Assembly: GCA_021734905.1 (NCBI GenBank)
Contig: JAIPIB010000001.1
Coordinates: forward strand, 136,821-200,820
Length of the DNA: 64,000 bases
From: Minisyncoccota bacterium
GTDB taxonomy: Bacteria > Patescibacteriota > Minisyncoccia > Phycocordibacterales > UBA918
Direction: 5' to 3'
The notes beneath the pieces are model-generated. The model was not told where the DNA came from. It ran no database searches and was given only the letters and a program-made list of their open reading frames with translations. Of this stretch, positions 47,885 to 55,838 are shown in pieces. A program made the translations under genes and the position numbers. The first letter of the stretch is position 1; each line of letters begins with the position of its first letter.

Positions 47885-50170
47885 ATGTACCTTAAAGAAC
47901 TCACAATCAATGGATTCAAATCGTTTGCTCGCAAGGGTGAGCTTGAATTCACGACTCCTATCACCGCCATTGTTGGGCCGAATGGTTCTGGTAAATCAAA
48001 TGTTGCCGAGGCGTTTCGCTTTGTGCTTGGTGAGCAATCAATAAAATCTATGCGAGGAAAGCGTGGTGAGGATCTTATCTTTAATGGGTCTGAAAGTATC
48101 TCTCGTTCAAATCGTGCGTCTGTTACGATTTCACTTTTGAATCCATTAAGGAATGGAACAAGGGTCTTTCCTCTTGATTTTGATGAAATCACGGTTGAAC
48201 GTGTTGTTAATAGGGATGGCACAAATGAGTATTCTATCAATGGCTCGAAGACACGCCTTAAGGATGTCCAGGAGCTCCTTGCTGCAGCAAACATTGGTTC
48301 TACTGGGCACCATATTATTTCACAAGGCGAGGCTGATCGGATTCTTTCAGCAAGTCCTCGGGAGCGACGTGAAATGATTGAGGACGCACTTGGTCTTAAG
48401 GTGTTTCAATATAAAAAAGCAGAAAGTGAACGAAAGCTTAAAAAGACTCTTGAAAATATTGATCAGGTTGAGTCACTGCGCAGGGAAGTTGCACCTCACC
48501 TCAAATTCCTTGAACGACAGATTAAAAAAATTGAACGTGCACTCGCGCTTCAGGAGGAGCTTAAGGTTGTCTATGCTGAGTATCTGAAGCGCGAGGATAC
48601 CGTTATTGCATTCCATCACGATAGACTGACAAAGGCTCGACATAGTCCCGTTAAAAGACAAAAAGAACTTGAGGAGGCACTTGCTGTTGCAAAAGAAAAA
48701 CTTAAAGTTCAAGAACAGGATGATACAAGTGATGCTCTTGTTGAGCTTGAAGAAAAAATGTCTGTAGCGCGACGCGAACGACATGAAATATCTCGTATTG
48801 TAGGACAACTTGAAGGACAGGTATTGTTTCTCGAGCGGCAAATTAATGAAAAACAAAAAAGAAGAGAAGCAGAAGAAGAAACACCAATTCCTCGGAGCGA
48901 ATTCAAGAAGGTTATGGAACAAAGTGAGCGTAGCATTTCCCAAGCACTCGCAAACGGTGACATAAAAATTCTCTCTCGAGCAATCACCGACGTGATGCGG
49001 TCACTTAAGGTTCTCCTTACTCACACATTTAAAAATGATGATGCTGATGGCCTTAAAAATCTTGAACATGAGCTTGCAGAGTTAAAAAAGAAAAAAGCAC
49101 ATACAGAAAAAGATACGGAGAAGCTTCAGGACGAAGAAGGGAAATTAGCAGAAGAGTACAACGAACTGAAGCGTAAGGTTGAGTCAGAGAGTACTGAAAG
49201 TCGTGAAGCTGAGCGTGAAGTATTTTCACTCATGAATGAACAACGAGAAGTTGAACAGACCATTGATGGGTTTGACCGTGAACTCATAATGCTTGAGCGC
49301 GACCGGCAAGAATTTAAAGACGAGTTACAAGAGGCTGTGTCACTCCTTGGGCGTGGGGCTGGAATGTATTTTGAATATGAGGTTGTTGATACAGAAGGCA
49401 AAAAGCTACCACCCGAGGAACTAGTTAATGAGAATCGGTCAGTACAGCACGGAAGAAGGCGTGAACTGGAACGAATGAAGATACGTCTTGAAGAGCTTGG
49501 GATTGGTTCAAATGATGATGTTCTCAAGGAGTACAAAGAGGTAAAGGGGAGAGATGAATTCTTGATGCACGAGCTCAGCGATTTAACTTTGTCAGTAGAA
49601 AAACTCGAGGCACTCATTCAGGAACTCACCAATGACCTCAATGAACAATTTATTTTAGGTATTGAGAAAATAGGTTCTGAGTTTAGTAAATTCTTTGTAC
49701 TCATGTTTGGCGGAGGAAGTGCTGAGCTCTTAAGAATTAAGCCGAAGGTATCAAAGAAGAATGAAGAAGACCTCGAGAATATTGATATCGATGAAGTGGT
49801 CGAAGAAGAACCAGAAGAGGGGATTGAGATTGATGTTAAGCTCCCGAACAAGCGTGTTCGGGGATTAGATATGCTCTCAGGTGGAGAACGTGCCCTCACC
49901 TCTATTGCACTTATCTTTGCGATGAGTCAGGTGAACCCACCACTCTTTGTGATTCTTGATGAAACAGATGCGGCACTTGATGAGGCGAACAGTCGTCGAT
50001 ACGGCGATATGATTTCCGCGCTCGCAGAAAAGTCACAGCTTATTTTGATTACTCACAATCGAGAGACAATGGGACGTGCGGGAGTTCTTTACGGAGTGAC
50101 AATGGCAGGGGACGGTATTTCTAAATTACTTTCAGTAAAGTTTGACGAGGCAGTTGCAGTAGCGAAGTAA
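47885..50170 (+). CDS. smc: SMC-family ATPase, short (761 aa)
   Basis: GFKSF, GPNGSGKSN, SQG, LSGGE, LDETDAALD, ITH. Confidence 0.88.
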   Translation: MYLKELTINGFKSFARKGELEFTTPITAIVGPNGSGKSNVAEAFRFVLGEQSIKSMRGKRGEDLIFNGSESISRSNRASVTISLLNPLRNGTRVFPLDFDEITVERVVNRDGTNEYSINGSKTRLKDVQELLAAANIGSTGHHIISQGEADRILSASPRERREMIEDALGLKVFQYKKAESERKLKKTLENIDQVESLRREVAPHLKFLERQIKKIERALALQEELKVVYAEYLKREDTVIAFHHDRLTKARHSPVKRQKELEEALAVAKEKLKVQEQDDTSDALVELEEKMSVARRERHEISRIVGQLEGQVLFLERQINEKQKRREAEEETPIPRSEFKKVMEQSERSISQALANGDIKILSRAITDVMRSLKVLLTHTFKNDDADGLKNLEHELAELKKKKAHTEKDTEKLQDEEGKLAEEYNELKRKVESESTESREAEREVFSLMNEQREVEQTIDGFDRELIMLERDRQEFKDELQEAVSLLGRGAGMYFEYEVVDTEGKKLPPEELVNENRSVQHGRRRELERMKIRLEELGIGSNDDVLKEYKEVKGRDEFLMHELSDLTLSVEKLEALIQELTNDLNEQFILGIEKIGSEFSKFFVLMFGGGSAELLRIKPKVSKKNEEDLENIDIDEVVEEEPEEGIEIDVKLPNKRVRGLDMLSGGERALTSIALIFAMSQVNPPLFVILDETDAALDEANSRRYGDMISALAEKSQLILITHNRETMGRAGVLYGVTMAGDGISKLLSVKFDEAVAVAK

Positions 50171-50246
50171 GAAGACTTATTTATTAAAATAAAAATAGCA
50201 AAACCCAGACGGATGTCTGGGTTTTTTGTAAGCACGTTGACGTATG

Positions 50247-50489
50247 TCAAAGCGCTTCTGATTTTGAACAAATACAATGTCCAACCTGGACACTGAGATG
50301 GTTAAGTTTGAAGAACTCCTCAATCTCTTCCGCGGTCACACCATCCCCGAAGTCCATTTTTGCCGAATAGTTCAAAGGAGAACGTTCAGCCCTGGTTATT
50401 TTCTTCGCCGGATATTTCTTCCATAGAGCCGCAAGGAACAACTTGACTGCATACTCCGGTCCACAAACGACAATTCCGCATTCAGCCAT
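50247..50489 (-). CDS. Small orphan protein
   Basis: GAGAGGAG SD and TATAAT upstream on the minus strand; hairpin terminator at about 50195-50228. Confidence 0.6.
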   Translation of the reverse strand: MAECGIVVCGPEYAVKLFLAALWKKYPAKKITRAERSPLNYSAKMDFGDGVTAEEIEEFFKLNHLSVQVGHCICSKSEAL

Positions 50490-50610
50490 TTCTGTCTCCT
50501 CTCATATTTAACAATGGTCTAATTATATTATACAACAAAAAAACTTGAATTACAATAAGCATTGTTGGAAATGCTGTATTTGTTTATTTTTTAGTGTTTT
50601 AAATAGAAGT

Positions 50611-52554
50611 TTAAGCAAGCTCAAAATCAAGGACTCGTTCTTCCATGTCGGCACGTGTAAGTTTGATGCGAATTCCACCTCCCAGTGAATAGGTTTTTCC
50701 GGTACGATTACCTTTGACTCTGTATTTGCTTGATTCGTGTGTAAAGAAGTCACTTTTCATACTTGAGAGACGAATCATACCTTCGCATCGTGTTTCTTTT
50801 ACTTCAACATACATGCCCCAATCTGTAACTCCAGTAATGATACCGTCAAATTCTTGTCCGACTTTATCAAGCATGTACTCAACCTGCTTGTATTTGATTG
50901 AATCACGTTCAGCGGTAACCGCGGTCATTTCACGTTCAGATGACTGAATTGAGAGTTTTTCAAATTTAATTATTTCAGAACTTTTTATTACTGACCCATC
51001 AAGGTGTCGCCGAAGGAGACGGTGTGCCATGAGGTCGGGATATCTTCGAATTGGCGATGTGAAGTGTGTGTAGTATTTAAAAGCGAGACCATAGTGCCCA
51101 ATGTTTTTTGTGGTGTAGATTGCTTTTGCCATTGAACGAATCGTTGCGGTCTTAATGAGATTTTCCTCAGGCGTTCCCTCGATAGACTTTAAGAGTTTGT
51201 TAATATCCCTAGCGTCAACAATACCTTTATTCGATTTAAATTCATGACCCAGTGCATGGAGAAAGATGGTGAGGTCTTCAATTTTTTCTGGATTGGGAAG
51301 ATCATGAACACGATAGACGAATGCGGCATCTCGTCCAAGTTTTTTTGTGTGGCTATGCACGAATTCTGCCACACGACGATTTGCGAGAAGCATAAAATCC
51401 TCAATCATGAGCATGGTCTCTGTGCGGACTTTTGCGTAGACTCGCAGTGGTTTACCTTCTGCATCAAGTTCAAATCTGACCTCAGGTTGGTCAAAGGCAA
51501 TAGCTCCGTCCACGAACCGTTGTTTTCGTAACATCCTCCCGATACTCATTAATGTTGAAAGTTCAGTGTGAAGCGGTCCTTTGCCAGAATCCAAGACTTC
51601 CTGCGCTTCTTCATAGCTGAATCGTTTATCTGAATGAATGATCGTCTGCCCGTACCATTCATTATGAATTTTACCCTGTGCGTCCATTTCGAAAACAGCA
51701 GAAAAAGAAAGTCGGTCTTCATTGGGACGAAGGGAACAGAGGTCGTTTGAAAGTACTTCAGGAAGCATCGGAATGACACGATCGACAAGGTAGATAGACG
51801 TGCCTCGTGATTGGGCCTCTTTATCGATAATGTCATCTTCTCGGACATAGTGTGAGACATCAGCAATATGGATACCAACCTCGTAGTTACCATTTTCGAG
51901 TGCGTGAAAAGAAATTGCATCATCAAAATCTTTTGCGTCAGCAGGGTCAATGGTACAGGTAGTACGATCACGCATGTCTCGCCGTTTTGGTTTTTCGCCT
52001 TGTGTATCAAGAACAGCTTGGGCAAAAATCGCTTCTTTTCTGGCATAAAGCTCTTGCCCAGCTTTTGCAATTGGTTCAGGAAAGTTTTCTGAGAAACCAC
52101 CACCTCGAATAATTGCTTGCATTTCAGTTTCGTGATCTCCGGCAGGACCTAGAATTTCCGTGATAGTACCAGTAGGGTCGGCGAGCGGGCTTTCCCAGGC
52201 TTTTATATGGACAACAACCTTCATTCCTTCATGTGTCGTCGTTGCATCGGGAAGTAGAGGTCGTATATGAATACGTCGATTGTCGGGAAGGAGCCTATAG
52301 ACACCAGCTTTCTTTTGGACTGAGCCGATAAACTCAGTATATTTTCGATCAATGACGCGGAGAACTTTTCCTTCCTGTCTCTTTCCGGGTACTTTTTTTC
52401 CAATCTCAAATTCTACAATGTCTCCATCGAGTGCGAAGGAAAGCGCTTCTGTTGGAATGAGAATATCCTCTTCATAATTTGGGACAGCAACAAACCCCGT
52501 GCCTTTTCCACGAATCATGATAACACCTTCAAATATTGATTTTTCTGCTTCCAT
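50611..52554 (-). CDS. rnr: Ribonuclease R
   Basis: TIDPADAKDFDDAI, HIADVSHYV, YTHFTSPIRRYPD, S1 domain. Confidence 0.95.
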   Translation of the reverse strand: MEAEKSIFEGVIMIRGKGTGFVAVPNYEEDILIPTEALSFALDGDIVEFEIGKKVPGKRQEGKVLRVIDRKYTEFIGSVQKKAGVYRLLPDNRRIHIRPLLPDATTTHEGMKVVVHIKAWESPLADPTGTITEILGPAGDHETEMQAIIRGGGFSENFPEPIAKAGQELYARKEAIFAQAVLDTQGEKPKRRDMRDRTTCTIDPADAKDFDDAISFHALENGNYEVGIHIADVSHYVREDDIIDKEAQSRGTSIYLVDRVIPMLPEVLSNDLCSLRPNEDRLSFSAVFEMDAQGKIHNEWYGQTIIHSDKRFSYEEAQEVLDSGKGPLHTELSTLMSIGRMLRKQRFVDGAIAFDQPEVRFELDAEGKPLRVYAKVRTETMLMIEDFMLLANRRVAEFVHSHTKKLGRDAAFVYRVHDLPNPEKIEDLTIFLHALGHEFKSNKGIVDARDINKLLKSIEGTPEENLIKTATIRSMAKAIYTTKNIGHYGLAFKYYTHFTSPIRRYPDLMAHRLLRRHLDGSVIKSSEIIKFEKLSIQSSEREMTAVTAERDSIKYKQVEYMLDKVGQEFDGIITGVTDWGMYVEVKETRCEGMIRLSSMKSDFFTHESSKYRVKGNRTGKTYSLGGGIRIKLTRADMEERVLDFELA

Positions 52555-52608
52555 GTGGTGTCGAGTGTATCATGGACTTGATTGATGGGCTACATAGGGT
52601 ATATTTTA

Positions 52609-52831
52609 AATAGGAGTGGAAGAAATCAACCGAGATTCCTGTACGGAACAATGTATTGGAGTAGCCAGCTCGCAAACGGCCGATTTTATCGGTTGGAAGT
52701 TATCTAAGCGCGCACTCATGGGTGTTACCTCAACAGTGGTCTGACAATAATTGCAGGGATTGTGGTCCTGCGAGGAAAACAGGCTACGCTACGTTGTCCG
52801 TACATCCACGGCTAAACCGTTCCTCCCTATT
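52609..52831 (+). ncRNA. Structured ncRNA, candidate 6S RNA
   Basis: Nested long-range stems AATAGGAG/CCTATT, TGTACGGA/TCCGTACA, CAATGTA/TACGTTG, GTAGCC/GGCTAC; own terminator at 52837-52875. Confidence 0.55.
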
Positions 52832-53029
52832 CCATGGCCAGTGAACCTTTCCAAGGTATGCTGGCTTTTTCTTTTTACGAACTTGGTGTGGGGTTGACCA
52901 TTGTGGCCCATTCTGGTACTCTTCTTCGCACTACAAGTGAGCGAGTGAGGGATGTGGACAAAACAAAGACAGCAGTTTTTGTTTTGTATATATCCGAACG
53001 AGAGAAACTTGTATAAATTTTGAATTTAT

Positions 53030-53527
53030 ATGTTAAAGATGCGATTACAACGAATTGGCCGAAAAAATAACCCCGCATACCGGGTTGTTGTTACTGATTC
53101 TCGAAATGCTGCAAAGCGCGGAACTAGTGTTGATGTTATTGGTTCGTATGATCCAAAGGCAGGTAAGTTCCAGATTGACGGAGAGAAAGCAAAACACTGG
53201 ATTTCACACGGGGTTCAAGTTTCAGATACGGTTCATAACTTCCTTATAAGCGAGAAAATCATTGAAGGGAAGAAGATAAATGCACTTTCAAAAAAATCTC
53301 CTATTGTAGATGAGGCGAAGATTAAGGCAGAAGCTGAAGCGAAGGCAGCAAAGGAAGCAAAAGCTATAGCAGATGCAGAAGCGAAAATCGCTGCAGAGAA
53401 AGCAGAGGCTGAAGCTCCAGCTGTAGCTGAGGTAGAGGAAGTTGTTACTGAAGAGGCGGTAGTGGTGGAAACTCCTGCTGAAGAAGCGTCAGCTCCAGAT
53501 GTGGTGGAAGAAGAAGTGAAGGCATAA
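53030..53527 (+). CDS. rpsP: 30S ribosomal protein S16 with Ala/Glu-rich tail
   Basis: MRLQRIGRKNNPAYRVVV, GSYDP. Confidence 0.95.
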   Translation: MLKMRLQRIGRKNNPAYRVVVTDSRNAAKRGTSVDVIGSYDPKAGKFQIDGEKAKHWISHGVQVSDTVHNFLISEKIIEGKKINALSKKSPIVDEAKIKAEAEAKAAKEAKAIADAEAKIAAEKAEAEAPAVAEVEEVVTEEAVVVETPAEEASAPDVVEEEVKA

Positions 53528-53676
53528 TATATTTGATTTAGGAAGTAATACACCCACATGAGGATTCTCCTCATGTGGGTGTATTGACGTATGCGTTCTA
53601 CCTGCTACCATTCTAGTCAGTACGTTTTAGTAATGAACGTCACGGAAGCTTAACAGAGTAAGTTCTCAATTCACAT

Positions 53677-54030
53677 ATGGAATTAGATCAACAGTTTCTT
53701 GAACAGCTTGTAGTATCACTCGTAGATCATCCTGAAAGCGTAAAGGTTAATCGAACTGTAGATGAGATGGGAGTACTACTTACACTTGATGTGCACGCAG
53801 AAGACATGGGGAAGATAATTGGTCGTTCTGGAAATACAGCAAAGGCAATTCGAACACTGCTTCGTGTTGTAGGCATGAAGAACGAAGCGCGAGTTAATTT
53901 GAAAATCAATGAACCTGAAGGAGGGACGCGTTCAGTTGCATCTGCTGATGCAAACGTTGATGTAAGTGCTGACGAGGTACCGAATGAGCCTAAGTCTTTA
54001 GACGAAGCAATCGACGGTTTGCGCATATAA
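53677..54030 (+). CDS. khpA: KH-domain RNA-binding protein
   Basis: LVDHPE, DMGKIIGRSGNTAKAIRTLL; follows rpsP. Confidence 0.88.
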   Translation: MELDQQFLEQLVVSLVDHPESVKVNRTVDEMGVLLTLDVHAEDMGKIIGRSGNTAKAIRTLLRVVGMKNEARVNLKINEPEGGTRSVASADANVDVSADEVPNEPKSLDEAIDGLRI

Positions 54031-54146
54031 TTCCACAGTTGGAAAATTTCGTTGTTGAAACTTCAATTTCCTTCCTCGCCGTACGAGATGTACGGCTCAG
54101 TCGTAAATTTCGTTTCGCCTAGAACTTTTCTCAACTCTGAAATTAT
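54027..54146. repeat. ~120-bp palindromic MITE-like element, copy B
   Basis: Core GGAAAATTTC...CCGTAC-GAGAT-GTACGG-CTCAGTC...CCTAGAACTTT homologous to 39559-39679. Confidence 0.65.
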
Positions 54147-54167
54147 CTGTCGTAGATAGACGTAAGA

Positions 54168-54217
54168 TCTCCAAACACAAAACCTTCCAGTTAACTGGAA
54201 GGTTTTGTGTTTGGAGA
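54168..54217. repeat. 50-bp perfect palindrome with TTCCAGTTAACTGGAA core
   Basis: TCTCCAAACACAAAACCTTCCAGTT|AACTGGAAGGTTTTGTGTTTGGAGA. Confidence 0.9.
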
Positions 54218-54245
54218 AAGTCTGAAATTATGCAAAACTATCTAG

Positions 54246-54680
54246 ATGAAAAAGGGAATTGATTACACAGGCATTGTCGTGGTATTTGCTTGTCACGATG
54301 GAGAAGGTAATTTTCTTTTTGCAAAGCGAGGCAAGGGCGCTCGTGATGCGGTAGGTATGTGGGAGATTAACGGCGGTGGCCTTAAGTTTGGCGAGACTGT
54401 CGAGGATTCATTACATAGAGAACTGAAGGAAGAGCTTTGTACTGTGGCGATAAATCATCAATTTGCAGGATTTTGTGATCTTATTGACACACGTGACGGG
54501 AAGAATAACCATTGGCTCGCTATGATTTATCAAGTTAGAGTTGATCCTAGAGCCGTTTCGATTGGTGAGCCAGACAAGTGTGACGAGCTTTTGTGGTGTT
54601 CGTTAGACAATTTACCATCACCACTGCATATTGGGGTATTGCCAACTCTCGAAAAAATTAAATCACTCAAATCAAATTAA
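54246..54680 (+). CDS. NUDIX hydrolase
   Basis: GGLKFGETVEDSLHRELKEEL Nudix box; GEPDKC. Confidence 0.88.
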   Translation: MKKGIDYTGIVVVFACHDGEGNFLFAKRGKGARDAVGMWEINGGGLKFGETVEDSLHRELKEELCTVAINHQFAGFCDLIDTRDGKNNHWLAMIYQVRVDPRAVSIGEPDKCDELLWCSLDNLPSPLHIGVLPTLEKIKSLKSN

Positions 54681-54690
54681 TACTCCAAGT

Positions 54691-55374
54691 ATGCATTTTC
54701 ATGTAATAACTTTATTTCCAGAAATTTGTGAGACATATACAAATTCTTCTATTCTTGGTCGTGCCCAGAAAACAGAGAAGGGGAAGGGAGCAAAACATCG
54801 AGGGAAAAAAATAAGTGTCACCTACTACAATCCACGAGGATACACCAAGGACAAACATCATAAGGTAGACATGCGCCCATACGGCGGTGGCCCTGGTATG
54901 GTGATGATGGCTGAACCAATTCTTAAGGCGTGGGAAAAAGCAGTAGGGAGGAAAAAGGATCACAAGAGGGTGAAGACGCTCATCATGTCTCCACGAGGAA
55001 AAAAGTTTGATACTGCTATGGCGAAGAAACTCGCAGAAAAGTATGATCACCTCGTGCTCATTTCAGGGCGCTATGAGGGGATTGATTCTCGAGTGAAAAA
55101 GATTTTAAAAGCAGAGGAAGTTTCAGTGGGGGATTACGTACTCACGGGAGGGGAGCTTCCTGCGCTTACGATTATTGATTCTGTCTCACGCCAAGTGCCA
55201 GGAGTTCTCGGTACCTTCGAGTCGCTCGAAGAAGAGCGTGTCTCAAGTGGGGAAATGTACACGCGCCCTGAAGGCCTCGAATATAAGAAGAAGAAATATA
55301 AAGTCCCGTCGGTGCTTATGAAAGGGAATCATGCGGAGATAGAGCGTTTTAAGCTTTCTCAAAACAAGAAATAA
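54691..55374 (+). CDS. trmD: tRNA (guanine37-N1)-methyltransferase
   Basis: ITLFPE, PYGGGPGM, GRYEGID, SVGDYVLTGGE; ATG 54691. Confidence 0.95.
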   Translation: MHFHVITLFPEICETYTNSSILGRAQKTEKGKGAKHRGKKISVTYYNPRGYTKDKHHKVDMRPYGGGPGMVMMAEPILKAWEKAVGRKKDHKRVKTLIMSPRGKKFDTAMAKKLAEKYDHLVLISGRYEGIDSRVKKILKAEEVSVGDYVLTGGELPALTIIDSVSRQVPGVLGTFESLEEERVSSGEMYTRPEGLEYKKKKYKVPSVLMKGNHAEIERFKLSQNKK

Positions 55375-55376
55375 CG

Positions 55377-55418
55377 AACTTACCCTACCTCGTCCACGTG
55401 GACGAGGTAGGGTAAGTT
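55377..55418. repeat. 42-bp perfect palindrome after trmD
   Basis: AACTTACCCTACCTCGTCCAC|GTGGACGAGGTAGGGTAAGTT. Confidence 0.85.
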
Positions 55419-55535
55419 GAAATAGACCACTTAAAATAGACTACTTAAAGAAATGTAACCAAGGCATAGACCAACAGGACCGCGCTGTTCAAACAGGTCG
55501 GTCCTGTTAGGTTTTGGTTGTTAGAGTCTGTTGTA

Positions 55536-55564
55536 TTGACGTAAAACGGTAAGTTTGTTATACT
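55536..55564 (+). promoter_or_regulatory. Sigma70 promoter of rpoBC
   Basis: TTGACG-17 bp-TATACT with TG extension. Confidence 0.75.
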
Positions 55565-55838
55565 CTCGCCCATACGCAATACGCTCATGAATGTGTCCTG
55601 GATGTGCGATTTTTATATGGAGGGGTTTAGCGAGTATATGTAAGTGGTACATATACAGGATGAGGCACCATACGGGGCTTCATAAATCATACATCACGTG
55701 ATGCACGTATTACACGCTAAGTAAAAAAAGTATCGTTAGAAAGACACGCAAACGCGTGGTTTTTTGGTTTAGAGGGAGAGACTTAAGTGGTCCTAAAATG
55801 TCGACTAATTATTTAATTATTAACTAGCACAATATTCT

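Noticed and set aside
52609-52831. SRP RNA, tmRNA or RNase P RNA
   Set aside because: No SRP helix-8 motif, no tRNA-Ala-like ends and no GAGGAAAGUCC core
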